Below, in pieces: positions 17,498 through 27,665 of a stretch of 32,000 nt of DNA. The notes below the pieces were generated by a model. It worked only from the letters and a program-made list of their open reading frames with translations. It searched no databases and was not told where the DNA came from. The position numbers and the translations under genes are program-made. Source of the DNA: Candidatus Heimdallarchaeota archaeon (GTDB lineage Archaea; Asgardarchaeota; Heimdallarchaeia; Heimdallarchaeales; Kariarchaeaceae); contig JASBSB010000006.1 in the NCBI GenBank assembly GCA_030149205.1, positions 30,001-62,000 on the forward strand. The letters run 5' to 3'. The stretch's first letter is position 1, and each line of letters starts with the position of its first letter.

Positions 17498-19600
17498 ATG
17501 TTTAACATTATAATGGTAGAGATGGATGAAGCAGAGGTTGAGGCTGTAAGAAACCTTGCTGAACTTATCACCATATTTCAAGACGATTTTATATCTAATT
17601 CATTAAAGTGGAACAGAGACAACGAGAGACTCAACTTTAATTTAAAAAGGTCATACTTGAAGGTTATAATCTATTTTTTAAGTTTGTTGATTTTTTTTTA
17701 TTATTGGGTCTTTACTTTCCCCTTTACTGGTGTATTTATCATAATATTCCTGTATCTTGGAAAAAAGATGATAGATAGCATAGTTTCAACATTACCCTTC
17801 GATCATAAACTTATTGAGATAAAGACTTCATTTTCTTGGGATGATGAAATTAAACAAAAATTGATTGGACACTTCTCCAAATCTTATATCCTTAAATCTG
17901 AAAATTTGGATGAATTTAGGGTCTTAGAAATATCGAACCAATCTGATGTTATAGAAGGGGCAGAGTTGTTTTTTTCTTTGAATAACCAGAAAATAGAACT
18001 GAATTTAAAACGAAGAAATTCAACAATAAATACCAATGCAATAGAAACAATAAACCTATGGTTTGACTTCAGTAAATTTATTGGATTACAAGAAATGTGT
18101 AAATTGTCGAATTCACTTTCCCCAATAAAAAGAAAAGGGTTGATAAATCTTGCAAAGTACCCAGATGAATTTTTAGCCTATTATTTTAATATAAAGACAG
18201 TTTTATTAGAGAAAGAGTTAGTAGAAATGATTAAAATTCCAATATCATTTGAAGATGATAAATTGACCATTAAAATTGGTTCTCCTTCAAAAAGGAGTTT
18301 CAATTGGGAAAAACTTCTATTCTTTTTCTTTTTCTTTCTTATTTTTGGAGCAATTATAACATTTCCATATCTTATAAATTTAAATTGGATTCGTTTGTAT
18401 TTAATTTCTAATTATAATATTCAACTGAATCGGATGGACAATCTTATATCTTTAACTTTGATAACATTACTTATTTTATCCTTTCTTTTGACGTGGATCA
18501 TGTACATACGTAAAACTAGACTAATTGGATTTCCCAATAAAATTGGAGATTCTAAATATCCCATAATAATCTTGATAAATGGAATAGAAGGTGCATATTT
18601 GTATAATTATGTAGTTTTTTTAATCAAAGTATTTGTTTCAAGGTATTTTGACCCCGAGGCATTAAAATTTACAAAAGTACTTGATAAATCTGGATCGATA
18701 GTAATCCACTCATCAGAAAATTTTATTTCTAGATCAATAAGTGATTCCTATTATTTTGATTCGTACGGCATTGAAAACCTAATTATGAGTTTCGAACTTT
18801 TGGATGTCTCAGAGTTAAATGAGATTAGAATTTACGGAAATGATGAAGTAATAGCAGAGCTATATCAATCCCTCCATAAAATATTAAATTCTGAATTAAT
18901 GGTATATAATCAAATTTCAGGAGTTCTACAAAATTTTGCTGAGGAAAATACAAAAGTTCCATTAAATTTTGACATTGAGAGTTTGTTCAATAAAAATTTT
19001 CTCTCCGAAAACATCGATGTAGTAAAATTGTTGCTTCTGTTTGGTTTTTCATCCATTTCATTTTCAATTCAATATTTTGTTTTAACTCAATTCTCGAATT
19101 TAAACATAGACAATTTATTTCCATTTCTTGTAATTGTGGCTATTTTTCTCTTTTTAGTTGAATTTTACACTTATTTATTTTTGTTTTCTAGTTACCCAAG
19201 TGAATTAGGGTTTAGTTATTTCAATTTCTCCAAGCTAGCAGAAAGAATCGAAAATCTAGATCTTAAATTAAAATTATGTGACTTGGAGAGTTTGAAGTCG
19301 AATATAACGTTGAGTGAAGATCAAACAAATTTTGTTAAGCTAGGTTTGCAATCTATCTCAGCTATATGTATCTTTCTGATAACAAACAGGGTGGTTCAGA
19401 ATTCAACATATTCAAGCGGAGTGAAGGCAATAATTTTTAGTTTAACTTTTAGTGCAATTATATTGGTACTTTTCTATACTCAAATTCGATATAGCAACGA
19501 TTATGGTAAAGACCAAACTTCAAAACTTATGAAGGGAATTTCACTCCCTCTATTGAAAGTATCGTTTCTTCCATTGTTGGTTTATTTACTAATGCCATAG
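17498..19600 (+). CDS. Large multi-pass membrane protein of unknown function, about 700 aa
   Basis: Long ORF with several pairs of hydrophobic helices separated by soluble segments; very AT-rich; alternative ATGs at 17513 and 17522. Confidence 0.7.
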   Translation: MFNIIMVEMDEAEVEAVRNLAELITIFQDDFISNSLKWNRDNERLNFNLKRSYLKVIIYFLSLLIFFYYWVFTFPFTGVFIIIFLYLGKKMIDSIVSTLPFDHKLIEIKTSFSWDDEIKQKLIGHFSKSYILKSENLDEFRVLEISNQSDVIEGAELFFSLNNQKIELNLKRRNSTINTNAIETINLWFDFSKFIGLQEMCKLSNSLSPIKRKGLINLAKYPDEFLAYYFNIKTVLLEKELVEMIKIPISFEDDKLTIKIGSPSKRSFNWEKLLFFFFFFLIFGAIITFPYLINLNWIRLYLISNYNIQLNRMDNLISLTLITLLILSFLLTWIMYIRKTRLIGFPNKIGDSKYPIIILINGIEGAYLYNYVVFLIKVFVSRYFDPEALKFTKVLDKSGSIVIHSSENFISRSISDSYYFDSYGIENLIMSFELLDVSELNEIRIYGNDEVIAELYQSLHKILNSELMVYNQISGVLQNFAEENTKVPLNFDIESLFNKNFLSENIDVVKLLLLFGFSSISFSIQYFVLTQFSNLNIDNLFPFLVIVAIFLFLVEFYTYLFLFSSYPSELGFSYFNFSKLAERIENLDLKLKLCDLESLKSNITLSEDQTNFVKLGLQSISAICIFLITNRVVQNSTYSSGVKAIIFSLTFSAIILVLFYTQIRYSNDYGKDQTSKLMKGISLPLLKVSFLPLLVYLLMP

Positions 19601-19701
19601 ATTCAAAATTACATGTTCCCTTTTAATTTAATATCTATTGTAAATTAGGTCCGTTTCTAAGTTGACACTTTTGCATTGATTGCCATTAAAAATTGAGTAA
19701 A

Positions 19702-20634
19702 TTACTTTTTCTCACTAAGAAAATCACCTGTATCACCGTCTTGAGACTTAAAGGCATAGACCAAATCTTTTGTGGATTTCATAGCAGAGAAACCAAAGTC
19801 TTTAGTCATCACAATTACTCCTGCATATCCTTCAACCTTGTTTTTCATTTCCTCAAGTGCCAATTTGGTTGCTACTTCAGCAGATTGTGTTTGGGATATA
19901 TAGAACTTGATTTTCATAGCTAAGACGTATTCAATTATTTTCTCACCAATACCGGTAGCAGAGACAGCGATCTCATCATCTGCATAGGTGCCTGTTCCGA
20001 ACAAAGGTGTATCTCCCACCCTTCCTGGAAGTTTACCTAAAACACCCCCTGTGGAGGTAGCTGCACTAAGTCTTCCCTGAGAATCTAGAGCTACAGCCCC
20101 AACAGTGCCATACTTTCCTCGTCTCTCAGGATCCTTACTTGGTTCAATGTAATCACCATAGCTCTTTTTTTCAACCAAATATTTTGTTAGCCTGTCTCTT
20201 GACCTTTGGGTGATGAGGGTTTCCTGTGGAACAAGTTCAACTCCCTGTGTTTGTAAGTACTCTTCAGCCTGTAAACCAAACAAGAGATGATGTGGAAGAT
20301 TTTCTAGGATAACTTTTGACGCAGAAATTGGATTTTTAACATGAGAGACACCAATTAACCCCCCTATCCTCATGTTCGACCCATCAACAATCAACGCATC
20401 CATCTCTATTGTACCCTTTTCTGTCATAACAGAGCCGTAACCTGCATTAAACAATGGGTAATCTTCCATTGCTTGGACTGAGGCTTCAACAGCAGATAAC
20501 GAGTTGCTTGTATGTTCCATGACCTCCCAACCAGTTTTTAATGCCTCAATAGCACCTCTGTGGTAATCTTTATGTAACTCCTTTGGAATAGTTCCAGCTC
20601 CCCCGTGTATAAGAAGTTTTTGAGTAAATGTCAT
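19702..20634 (-). CDS. iaaA: Isoaspartyl peptidase / L-asparaginase type 2 (Ntn hydrolase)
   Basis: IHGGAG, MED-PLFNAGYGS, EMDA, autocleavage site G|TVGAVA, TSTGG, GRVGDTP, SATGIGE. Confidence 0.93.
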   Translation of the reverse strand: MTFTQKLLIHGGAGTIPKELHKDYHRGAIEALKTGWEVMEHTSNSLSAVEASVQAMEDYPLFNAGYGSVMTEKGTIEMDALIVDGSNMRIGGLIGVSHVKNPISASKVILENLPHHLLFGLQAEEYLQTQGVELVPQETLITQRSRDRLTKYLVEKKSYGDYIEPSKDPERRGKYGTVGAVALDSQGRLSAATSTGGVLGKLPGRVGDTPLFGTGTYADDEIAVSATGIGEKIIEYVLAMKIKFYISQTQSAEVATKLALEEMKNKVEGYAGVIVMTKDFGFSAMKSTKDLVYAFKSQDGDTGDFLSEKK

Positions 20635-20685
20635 ATAATGTCACGATAGAAAATGATCATTTATACCTAATCTTTGCCCTAATTC

Positions 20686-21846
20686 TTAATCCCAAGGATA
20701 TTTTCCGTCTCTGATCAATCTGTTTGCAATTATTAATCGTCTGATTTCTGAGGTTCCAGCACCAATTTCAAGTAGTTTTGCATCCCTAGCAAGTTTTTCA
20801 ACCTTGTACTCCCTCATATAACCATATCCTCCGAGAATCTGTACTGCTTGAAGACTGGTTTGTGTGGATTTTTCAGCTGCATACAATATCGAGCTTGCTG
20901 GTGCGATGTTGTTAGAATGATTTAATTCAAGTTCATTGATAGCCCAATAAACAAGCAATTTTGATGCTTGTGTTTCAACAAACATGTTAGCAAGTTTCTC
21001 CTTGATCATTTGAAAGTCTGCAATTTTCTGCCCAAATTGATTTCTTTCAAGAGCATATTTCAAAGCCAGTTTAGAAGCCTGTTCACTAATTCCCAATGAA
21101 ATAGCTGCCAACACTGCCCGTTCTGCTGATAAACCTGACATGACAACTTTGTGTCCATGATTTACCACTCCCATAAGATTTTCTAGAGGCACTCTCACAT
21201 TATCAAAAAACAGCTCTCCCGTCTTAGAACCTCTCATCCCCATTTTATCCATTGCCTTTCCTCTTGAGACACCTTCAGAATCTAGATCCACCAAAAATGC
21301 ACTAACTCCCTTTGATCCTAAATTAGGGTCTGTTTTAGCATAAACGATGGCAATTTTTGCAAGTGGAGCATTGGTTATAAATGTCTTTGAACCATTAAGG
21401 ATGTAGTAATCCCCTTCAATTCGAGCAGTTGAGTTCATCCCCAGAGCATCTGATCCACTCCCAGGTTCTGTCAAAGCTAAAGATCCAACCCACTCTCCAC
21501 TGCACAGCTTTGGAAGAAATCTTTGCTTCTGCGATTCTGTCGCGTTTCTGTTGATATTGTCTAGAGTTAGGTTAGAATGAGCACCAACACTTAATGCAAA
21601 TGCTGGGCTAATTTTAGCCAATTCCTCAAGAATGATTGCTTGAACACGATAACCGAGGCCCGACCCACCATATTTCTCATCTATGGTAGGTGCAAGCAAA
21701 CCTAATTCTCCAAACTCTTTAAACACATCATTAGGCCAGTAATCCTCCTTATCCATTTTTTCTGCGACTGGGTCGAGTGAATTCTCTGCAAATTGCCTGA
21801 CTGTCTCCTGAATCAGGAGTTCTTCTTCTGTAAACTGTAAATTCAT
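20686..21846 (-). CDS. ivd: Isovaleryl-CoA dehydrogenase-like acyl-CoA dehydrogenase
   Basis: ALTEPGSGSDA, NGSKTFITN, KMGMRGS; IVD-type catalytic Glu position (GLSAERAVLA) and EIGAGTSEIRR rather than the IYEGT of MCAD/SCAD; SVGAHSNL. Confidence 0.85.
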   Translation of the reverse strand: MNLQFTEEELLIQETVRQFAENSLDPVAEKMDKEDYWPNDVFKEFGELGLLAPTIDEKYGGSGLGYRVQAIILEELAKISPAFALSVGAHSNLTLDNINRNATESQKQRFLPKLCSGEWVGSLALTEPGSGSDALGMNSTARIEGDYYILNGSKTFITNAPLAKIAIVYAKTDPNLGSKGVSAFLVDLDSEGVSRGKAMDKMGMRGSKTGELFFDNVRVPLENLMGVVNHGHKVVMSGLSAERAVLAAISLGISEQASKLALKYALERNQFGQKIADFQMIKEKLANMFVETQASKLLVYWAINELELNHSNNIAPASSILYAAEKSTQTSLQAVQILGGYGYMREYKVEKLARDAKLLEIGAGTSEIRRLIIANRLIRDGKYPWD

Positions 21847-21934
21847 AGGTATTTCAGGTGATATTAAATTCTGTTTTCATAATATTTTGTTTTATGCAAC
21901 TCCAAAAGCTCAAATTTTGTTGAAGAATAGAAGA

Positions 21935-23038
21935 TTAAAATAATTCATCGTCAACTGAAAGTTCCCAATACTCATCACTCATATCATTTTGTTTGTAATA
22001 GAGTGTTGAGCCCTTTCCTCTCGTGTTTTTTACCTGTATAAGCTCAATAGGAGGACTTTCAGAATTAGTTGAGATTTTCACCGTATCATAAAGATATAAC
22101 ATGGTCACAATGAGCCTAGCGACTTCTCGCTGACTTAAGCTCAAGTTATCAATCTTTACATTATTGGGCTGTTCAAGGTAAATTGAATGAACTCCAGATT
22201 GTTTGAGAATTCCTTGTAGATCAGAATCGGTTGTGGCAAAAATTATTTCAAGATTTGTCAACTTGCTGATGTTGATTATCTGTTGAGCAATACTAATATC
22301 AAAGTAAGGACTGGAAGGTGATGGATTTGAGAAGGTGTCTTGCTTGCCTTTAGTTTCAGAGTCCTTGGTCAGAACTCTGTTGATGAGCAGAGGTATCTCA
22401 GATTGAGCTATAAAGTGAGGGTATCTATTGATTATTGTCTGATGGTGAAACTTCCCCCAGGCCCCTCTTCTTCCTCTTGAGTTATAGGTTTTAATTGGGA
22501 GACGAAAATTTTCAGTTTGCCATAGGTCTGTTTTTACGTCGGAGCTCAACATATGATGGATCTCAAACTCAGTGGCCTGTGTTGTGATGATAATGGGCAC
22601 CCTTTGATTAAGTCTGAATGATGGAACAACTTTTTTTAATTCATCAATAAGAAAGGACAACTGATAAATTAGAATAACAGATGTATCCAAACCAAGTACA
22701 ATTGATCTACTCTCACCGAGTATTTTTTTTGCCAGTTCATCGCGAATTGAGACTGAGTTCTTTGGTTTAGTTAACCCAGAAACCCATAAGAGATTAATTA
22801 ACCTCCACTTGGATCTCTTCATTATGAGTTTGTGGTTTGAAAATTCAAATTTGGAATTTATATTTTTAATTAACTCTAACTCAATTTCTGTGACGGGTTG
22901 TTTCCTATGTTTTCCCTTTCTTTGGTTTTCATTTTTATGAATTGATTCCTTAAAAGATAGGCCAGACAAAGTAATGTTCTCAGAAATAATCAATTCTTTT
23001 AGCAATTCAAATAGTTTCAATAAATTAGCAAAGTACAA
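21935..23038 (-). CDS. PIN-domain-like putative ribonuclease, 367 aa
   Basis: PIN-like acidic residues in order: VLGLDTSV, TEFEI, YFDISI, IFATTDSDL; N- and C-terminal extensions; TTG start. Confidence 0.7.
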   Translation of the reverse strand: MYFANLLKLFELLKELIISENITLSGLSFKESIHKNENQRKGKHRKQPVTEIELELIKNINSKFEFSNHKLIMKRSKWRLINLLWVSGLTKPKNSVSIRDELAKKILGESRSIVLGLDTSVILIYQLSFLIDELKKVVPSFRLNQRVPIIITTQATEFEIHHMLSSDVKTDLWQTENFRLPIKTYNSRGRRGAWGKFHHQTIINRYPHFIAQSEIPLLINRVLTKDSETKGKQDTFSNPSPSSPYFDISIAQQIINISKLTNLEIIFATTDSDLQGILKQSGVHSIYLEQPNNVKIDNLSLSQREVARLIVTMLYLYDTVKISTNSESPPIELIQVKNTRGKGSTLYYKQNDMSDEYWELSVDDELF

Positions 23039-23089
23039 AAGATAAATAAGTTTAAGGAGGAAAGAATAGATTTTAATTAGTCAATTAGG

Positions 23090-23581
23090 TTATTTTTGCA
23101 TTAGTTTGTAATAATAAGGGTTGTAATCAGTTTCTGTAAGTGAATCAACTATATTCCAATGTCTGAGTAATGCAGCAAATTGACCTCTGTGATATGCAGC
23201 ATGTGTGACAAAGTTAAACAAAATCCGCTCCTTATTTGTTTCAACTGACTTATCATCTTTATTCCACTGTAATCTATGTTTTCCCATCAAATTAGAAGAA
23301 TCTGCGTAGTTAATTGTCTCTTGATCAATTCCTCTGAGTTTTGGAATCAAGTATTTATAATCTCTTGAGATATTCTCTATTGGGACAAATTCTTTATCCT
23401 GCATAAAATTAAGCCAAAACAGACTGGCCTCATAAATGTGGAATAGAATTGAAGATAAGGATTGGTCAAATCCCTCAAGGATTTTCTCCATTTGATCCTT
23501 GGATAAGGTTTCAAGTATTTTTAGATATTCCTCATTCGCCCACTGGTTAAATTCTAACAATTCTTTGATAGCAATTTGCAT
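23090..23581 (-). CDS. DinB/YfiT-family four-helix-bundle protein
   Basis: FNQWAN, SILFHIYEA--FW, NFVTHAAYHRGQ (His metal triad). Confidence 0.88.
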   Translation of the reverse strand: MQIAIKELLEFNQWANEEYLKILETLSKDQMEKILEGFDQSLSSILFHIYEASLFWLNFMQDKEFVPIENISRDYKYLIPKLRGIDQETINYADSSNLMGKHRLQWNKDDKSVETNKERILFNFVTHAAYHRGQFAALLRHWNIVDSLTETDYNPYYYKLMQK

Positions 23582-23703
23582 ATTTATCAGAATTTCATTA
23601 AAATTAAAAATATTTCTTAAGTAGGAGAGTAACTACATGTCTAAAACGCATTGGTCCACTTAAGAAATCTTAATCTTAAAAGGATATGTTACCTTAGGGG
23701 TGT

Positions 23704-24240
23704 GTGAAACTTTTCTGTTTAGCTGGAAGTAGTACTAGAGCTGTTACAAACATTATCTGTTCACATTTTATTATCAACAAATTCAAAATCAACGAGATTA
23801 CAGTTTTTACAGGTAAAGGCTTAATGGAAAAGCTAAGAGAAGAACTAGTAATTGAACTCAATTCAGGACTGACAAAAATATGTAGAATGAAAAAGCATAA
23901 AGAGTTCAACAACTGCAGAGAGCATGATATTAATCCCATATTTAAACAAATTAACACAGAAAGGCTAGAGGGCATTTTAGATGATATAAGTCATAACCTC
24001 CCAAATGACAACTTCATTATAGATATAACTGCTGGAAGAAAAATCATGTCAGTGGCTGCTAGCCTGGCTTTTATGAGAAATAGCCAAACAGGCGATAATT
24101 CAACATATATGTCATATTACCTTTTGAAAACATCCTCAACTGAGTTTTTCAAGGATAAAACTATTTTTCAACTTTTGGAAGATGAATGGGAGCTTCAGTT
24201 TTACAGAGCTGAGGGAGAAACTATTAAGTTGTTAAGTTAA
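23704..24240 (+). CDS. Stand-alone CARF (CRISPR-associated Rossmann fold) domain protein
   Basis: N-terminal strand + LAGSSTRAVTN and the signature FIIDITAGRKIMSVAA; 178 aa with no effector or HTH fusion; GTG start after AGGGGTG. Confidence 0.8.
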   Translation: MKLFCLAGSSTRAVTNIICSHFIINKFKINEITVFTGKGLMEKLREELVIELNSGLTKICRMKKHKEFNNCREHDINPIFKQINTERLEGILDDISHNLPNDNFIIDITAGRKIMSVAASLAFMRNSQTGDNSTYMSYYLLKTSSTEFFKDKTIFQLLEDEWELQFYRAEGETIKLLS

Positions 24241-24255
24241 CTTTAGTTGGAAATC

Positions 24256-24753
24256 TCAACCTTCAAGTTTATCAGAGGGGTAAAGGTCATCATGCTGTGA
24301 TATTTCCGGGAAAACTACAGACGGTGAGCCAGAATTGTTAGTAACCAGATAAAGGTGCAATCTTTGATCAATGAGTTCAGAAATTATCTTGATTGAAATT
24401 ATTACACTCAAAAAATGAGGGATAAATAAAACAAATACCATTGAATTAATAAGCGAGAACCAGAGGGTACCATACACTATTCCCTGGTCATAAGTAACCA
24501 CCAAAAAAATAGCTAATTTCCTTGAAAAATCAGAATTAGAATTTATTCCTCTAATAACAAGTTCTATTGAGATAAAATAAAACAGAGGTAGAACCATGAA
24601 TAGCTGTACAATTATCATATTTTGATTAAAGTTGATGCTTTGTTGTAGTAAATATGTATAAGGAATTGAAATAATATTGATAACATAAGTCAGTCGAAGA
24701 AACATAAATAATTTTTTTAGATGCATTTTGAAACCAAATATATTAGAGGTCAA
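24256..24753 (-). CDS. Hypothetical membrane protein
   Basis: 165-aa ORF with about 4 hydrophobic segments; AT-rich; start uncertain. Confidence 0.55.
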   Translation of the reverse strand: MTSNIFGFKMHLKKLFMFLRLTYVINIISIPYTYLLQQSINFNQNMIIVQLFMVLPLFYFISIELVIRGINSNSDFSRKLAIFLVVTYDQGIVYGTLWFSLINSMVFVLFIPHFLSVIISIKIISELIDQRLHLYLVTNNSGSPSVVFPEISQHDDLYPSDKLEG

Positions 24754-24932
24754 ATTGATTCAAACTGGAATTATACATTAATAAAGTACATTTATTCGGA
24801 ATCCACTAATGAGAGATTGTAACTTGGTATTAGGTAATTTAATAAATGAATCCAATTACTGATCTCCATCTTATTATTATCTAACACTCAAATAGTAACA
24901 AATTCACAGCGAACAGAATTTGTTAATAATTT

Positions 24933-25640
24933 TTAATTCTCATGCCCACAAACTGAACAGAATTTACCATCTAATTTCGAACCACAGTTTGCGCAGAATT
25001 GATTTGAGCTTGATGTATAGGTATCAGCAGGAGGTTTAGCAGCCATGGGGGGTGGAGACGATGTGCCTTCAACCATATAGTTTGGTTTGTTAATTGGTCC
25101 CCTGTTCATAAGTTGTGCCTTAAACAAGTTCAAGGAATCAATGTAGCGTACGACTGGAGTACTAATCATAATCATGGCTAACTTGATTGACATACCAATG
25201 TTGATCACTTGCAATATTCCGTTGGTTACAGCAAAGAAGGGGGATATAACGACGATTGAGTTAGAACCCGCTGTCAGAACAACAATGTTGGTATACACAC
25301 TATATATTGCATTTAAGTCCGAAAGAATAATTATTATTAATAGAATAATTCTTGCGTTGTTAGACCCTTTTTTTAGGTTTGATATGATTAATTCGGTAAC
25401 TACTACCTGTATAGCAAGGGAAAAAAGTACTCCAAATATAGCAAAACCTGCAACTAATCCACCAAGACCTGAAACTCCAGAATTAGGTGGTAATGTGTTT
25501 GATGCGGAATTAAAAAAGTTCAGCGTATTAAATACTCCAAGGATTCCTCCTATAACAGCTGTAACATAAAATGCTCTAAGTAGTTTTATACCAAGTTCAA
25601 ATTGCTCATTTTTAGGATTTTGTTCATATAAGGGAAGCAT
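24933..25640 (-). CDS. Membrane protein with a Pro-rich linker and C-terminal zinc ribbon
   Basis: About 4 TM helices, then PPPMAAKPP, then FCANCGSKLDGKFCSVCG. Confidence 0.8.
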   Translation of the reverse strand: MLPLYEQNPKNEQFELGIKLLRAFYVTAVIGGILGVFNTLNFFNSASNTLPPNSGVSGLGGLVAGFAIFGVLFSLAIQVVVTELIISNLKKGSNNARIILLIIIILSDLNAIYSVYTNIVVLTAGSNSIVVISPFFAVTNGILQVINIGMSIKLAMIMISTPVVRYIDSLNLFKAQLMNRGPINKPNYMVEGTSSPPPMAAKPPADTYTSSSNQFCANCGSKLDGKFCSVCGHEN

Positions 25641-26056
25641 AATATTTCAATTCTAATTAGAATTTAAACTTTTTGTGGGGCAAAAGTACAACCTTGGTTT
25701 TTTTTAATTTTTATGCACAGATACGGTAAAAACGTACATTGAATCATTTAATTTTATTAAATTTCAATAATGTTTTAATAGTAATAAGACCTTAGGAGGT
25801 CTCAAGATTAGGTGGCTTTTAATACAAAAGAACTACGAAGTTTTTTTTAAAAAACAAACTCACTTTGTAAAGCTCTATAAAATGTGTGTTTATTTTGTAA
25901 GTTTACACCAAAACTGTAGAATCTTGGAGATGATTGCACAAAGAATTATTTAGAATGTACAACATTTTAATTTTTATCACAAATTGTGTTTTTATGTTTA
26001 TCATTTATTACTGAGGTTATGAGCAATATGGTGTGAAATTGATTTGTATAGCTGAT

Positions 26057-26803
26057 TTATTTTGAAACAGATATTGGAGGTATAACCAGTGTCCCTATTG
26101 TTTCATCAAAAGGGTACATCGAGATAGTTAATGGATCTGAGAGGTTTTTTAAGGTGGGTGATAAGAACTCACCAATGGTTCTTGGAGGAAATGAGGTACC
26201 GCCAGTCAAATCTCCAGCTGCTGGTAACAGGATGAAATTGGTAGCTCCATCAAAACAATGTGCAAAGGATTTTAACTTCACTCTCTCACCTAAACTCCCT
26301 CTCAGTACATATGATGGATGCTCATGACTCAAAACTATGTACTTATATGATTCTGGGTTTTTGATTATTCTATCCCCATGGGTAATGAGTATATCTTTTA
26401 ACTCAAAGGAGTATCTTAGGTTCAAATTATTCATTTTAGGGAGAATTAAAGAAATCATGGGGTCGTGATTCCCCTTAACGAGAATGATTTTTTTGGACGA
26501 GATTATAGGATTGTTCAATACATAGTTTAGTTCAAGTTTTTCTTGAATCTGCACCCCTCTGGTCACATGCTTTATATCTCCATTTAAAACAATGGTGTTG
26601 ATATTGAAGTGATCAACACATCGCTCTAAAGCGTGTCTTAGTATTTTTACAGCATTAGATACAGTGGGTCTTTGAGATTGAATAATATAATTCTCCTGAC
26701 CCAGATGTAGGTCACCTAATATTAATGTATCATATTCTTTTAAGTAAAGGAATGGATATCCTTCTATTATATAAATTTCATCAACAAGATTGAAAAGCTT
26801 CAA
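26057..26803 (-). CDS. Calcineurin-like metallophosphoesterase (archaeal ICC-like / SbcD-related family)
   Basis: GDLHLG, LNGDIKH, VKGNHD, THGD, SHEHP motifs; TTG start overlaps the upstream stop (TTGA, 26800-26803). Confidence 0.9.
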   Translation of the reverse strand: MKLFNLVDEIYIIEGYPFLYLKEYDTLILGDLHLGQENYIIQSQRPTVSNAVKILRHALERCVDHFNINTIVLNGDIKHVTRGVQIQEKLELNYVLNNPIISSKKIILVKGNHDPMISLILPKMNNLNLRYSFELKDILITHGDRIIKNPESYKYIVLSHEHPSYVLRGSLGERVKLKSFAHCFDGATNFILLPAAGDLTGGTSFPPRTIGEFLSPTLKNLSDPLTISMYPFDETIGTLVIPPISVSK

Positions 26804-27612
26804 ACGAGTGGAGTGAGCCTCCCTGCTGTGTATTTGAAGTTTGTTTCCCTCCCTACAGTTTCTGGCTTTTCATTATAGGCAATTACCTTGACATTGATTA
26901 CAGAATCTCCGTTAACTACCTCGTTTGAAAGTCTCAGAACACCGTTAGCCAGGTGTTCGACACTTCGAACATCTTTGAGATCATGAGCATCTGCATGAAG
27001 TGTTAAGAGAGTTGTCCCGTTCTGTCTTTGATCCATTGCTCTTCTGTTTTGAACAAATGTATAAACATCCTTAAAGCTAGGTGCTGAGACAATAATTGAA
27101 GATAGACTTATACAAGCACCTCTTATTGCAGTTTGCTGTGATTCAGCAACATGGAAAAGTGACCTTCTGATGGCCTCATTTATCTCATGAGGTTGAGTTA
27201 TATCTCTGAGATGTTGGATAGCATCTTGATCTGCCATCATTGTGTGAGAAGTGGAGAATCCTGAGGTGGAATCAACGCCTCCACCAGCCAATCCAAGATT
27301 GTATGACCCACTAAATCCATCAATGAACCTTAGTCTACCAGTTCCTAACTCAGTATCAGGGTTTCTTCCGAAAGTCTGAAACTTTTTTTTGTAGGATCCA
27401 AAAGTGTTTTCTGTGGACAGGAGGTACACATAATCCATTGATTTGAGTCCATTTGCAAGAAATGAAACAACAAATGGTTCAGCATCAACGCCTACCATAT
27501 CTTCCAATATCCATGTGGTACCTCTTGGTAATCCTCCACCGATAATTTCGTCTAATGTAGGTAATCCAAACTTACAGATTTGTGAGGAACCTGAACCAAT
27601 ATTTGCAAACAT
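26800..27612 (-). CDS. KaiC/RAD55-like RecA-superfamily protein with degenerate Walker motifs
   Basis: FGLPTLDEIIGGGLPRGT start, LRFIDGFS, HLANGVLRL; Walker A position reads EDMVGVDAE and Walker B position reads ACISLSS. Confidence 0.82.
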   Translation of the reverse strand: MFANIGSGSSQICKFGLPTLDEIIGGGLPRGTTWILEDMVGVDAEPFVVSFLANGLKSMDYVYLLSTENTFGSYKKKFQTFGRNPDTELGTGRLRFIDGFSGSYNLGLAGGGVDSTSGFSTSHTMMADQDAIQHLRDITQPHEINEAIRRSLFHVAESQQTAIRGACISLSSIIVSAPSFKDVYTFVQNRRAMDQRQNGTTLLTLHADAHDLKDVRSVEHLANGVLRLSNEVVNGDSVINVKVIAYNEKPETVGRETNFKYTAGRLTPLV

Positions 27613-27665
27613 ATAAAATTTAATATTCTAGCTTCTTTTTAATCTTTTGAGCTTTGTGTGGTGGA

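Noticed and set aside
21935-26056. CRISPR array or cas operon near the CARF gene
   Set aside because: No regularly spaced direct repeats and no cas1/cas2/cas10/RAMP-like ORFs, including in the AT-rich gap 25641-26056.
25641-26056. Hidden gene or ncRNA in the 416-nt gap
   Set aside because: AT-rich with only a short AGACCT-TAGG-AGGTCT hairpin and T/A runs; most consistent with terminator and promoter sequence.
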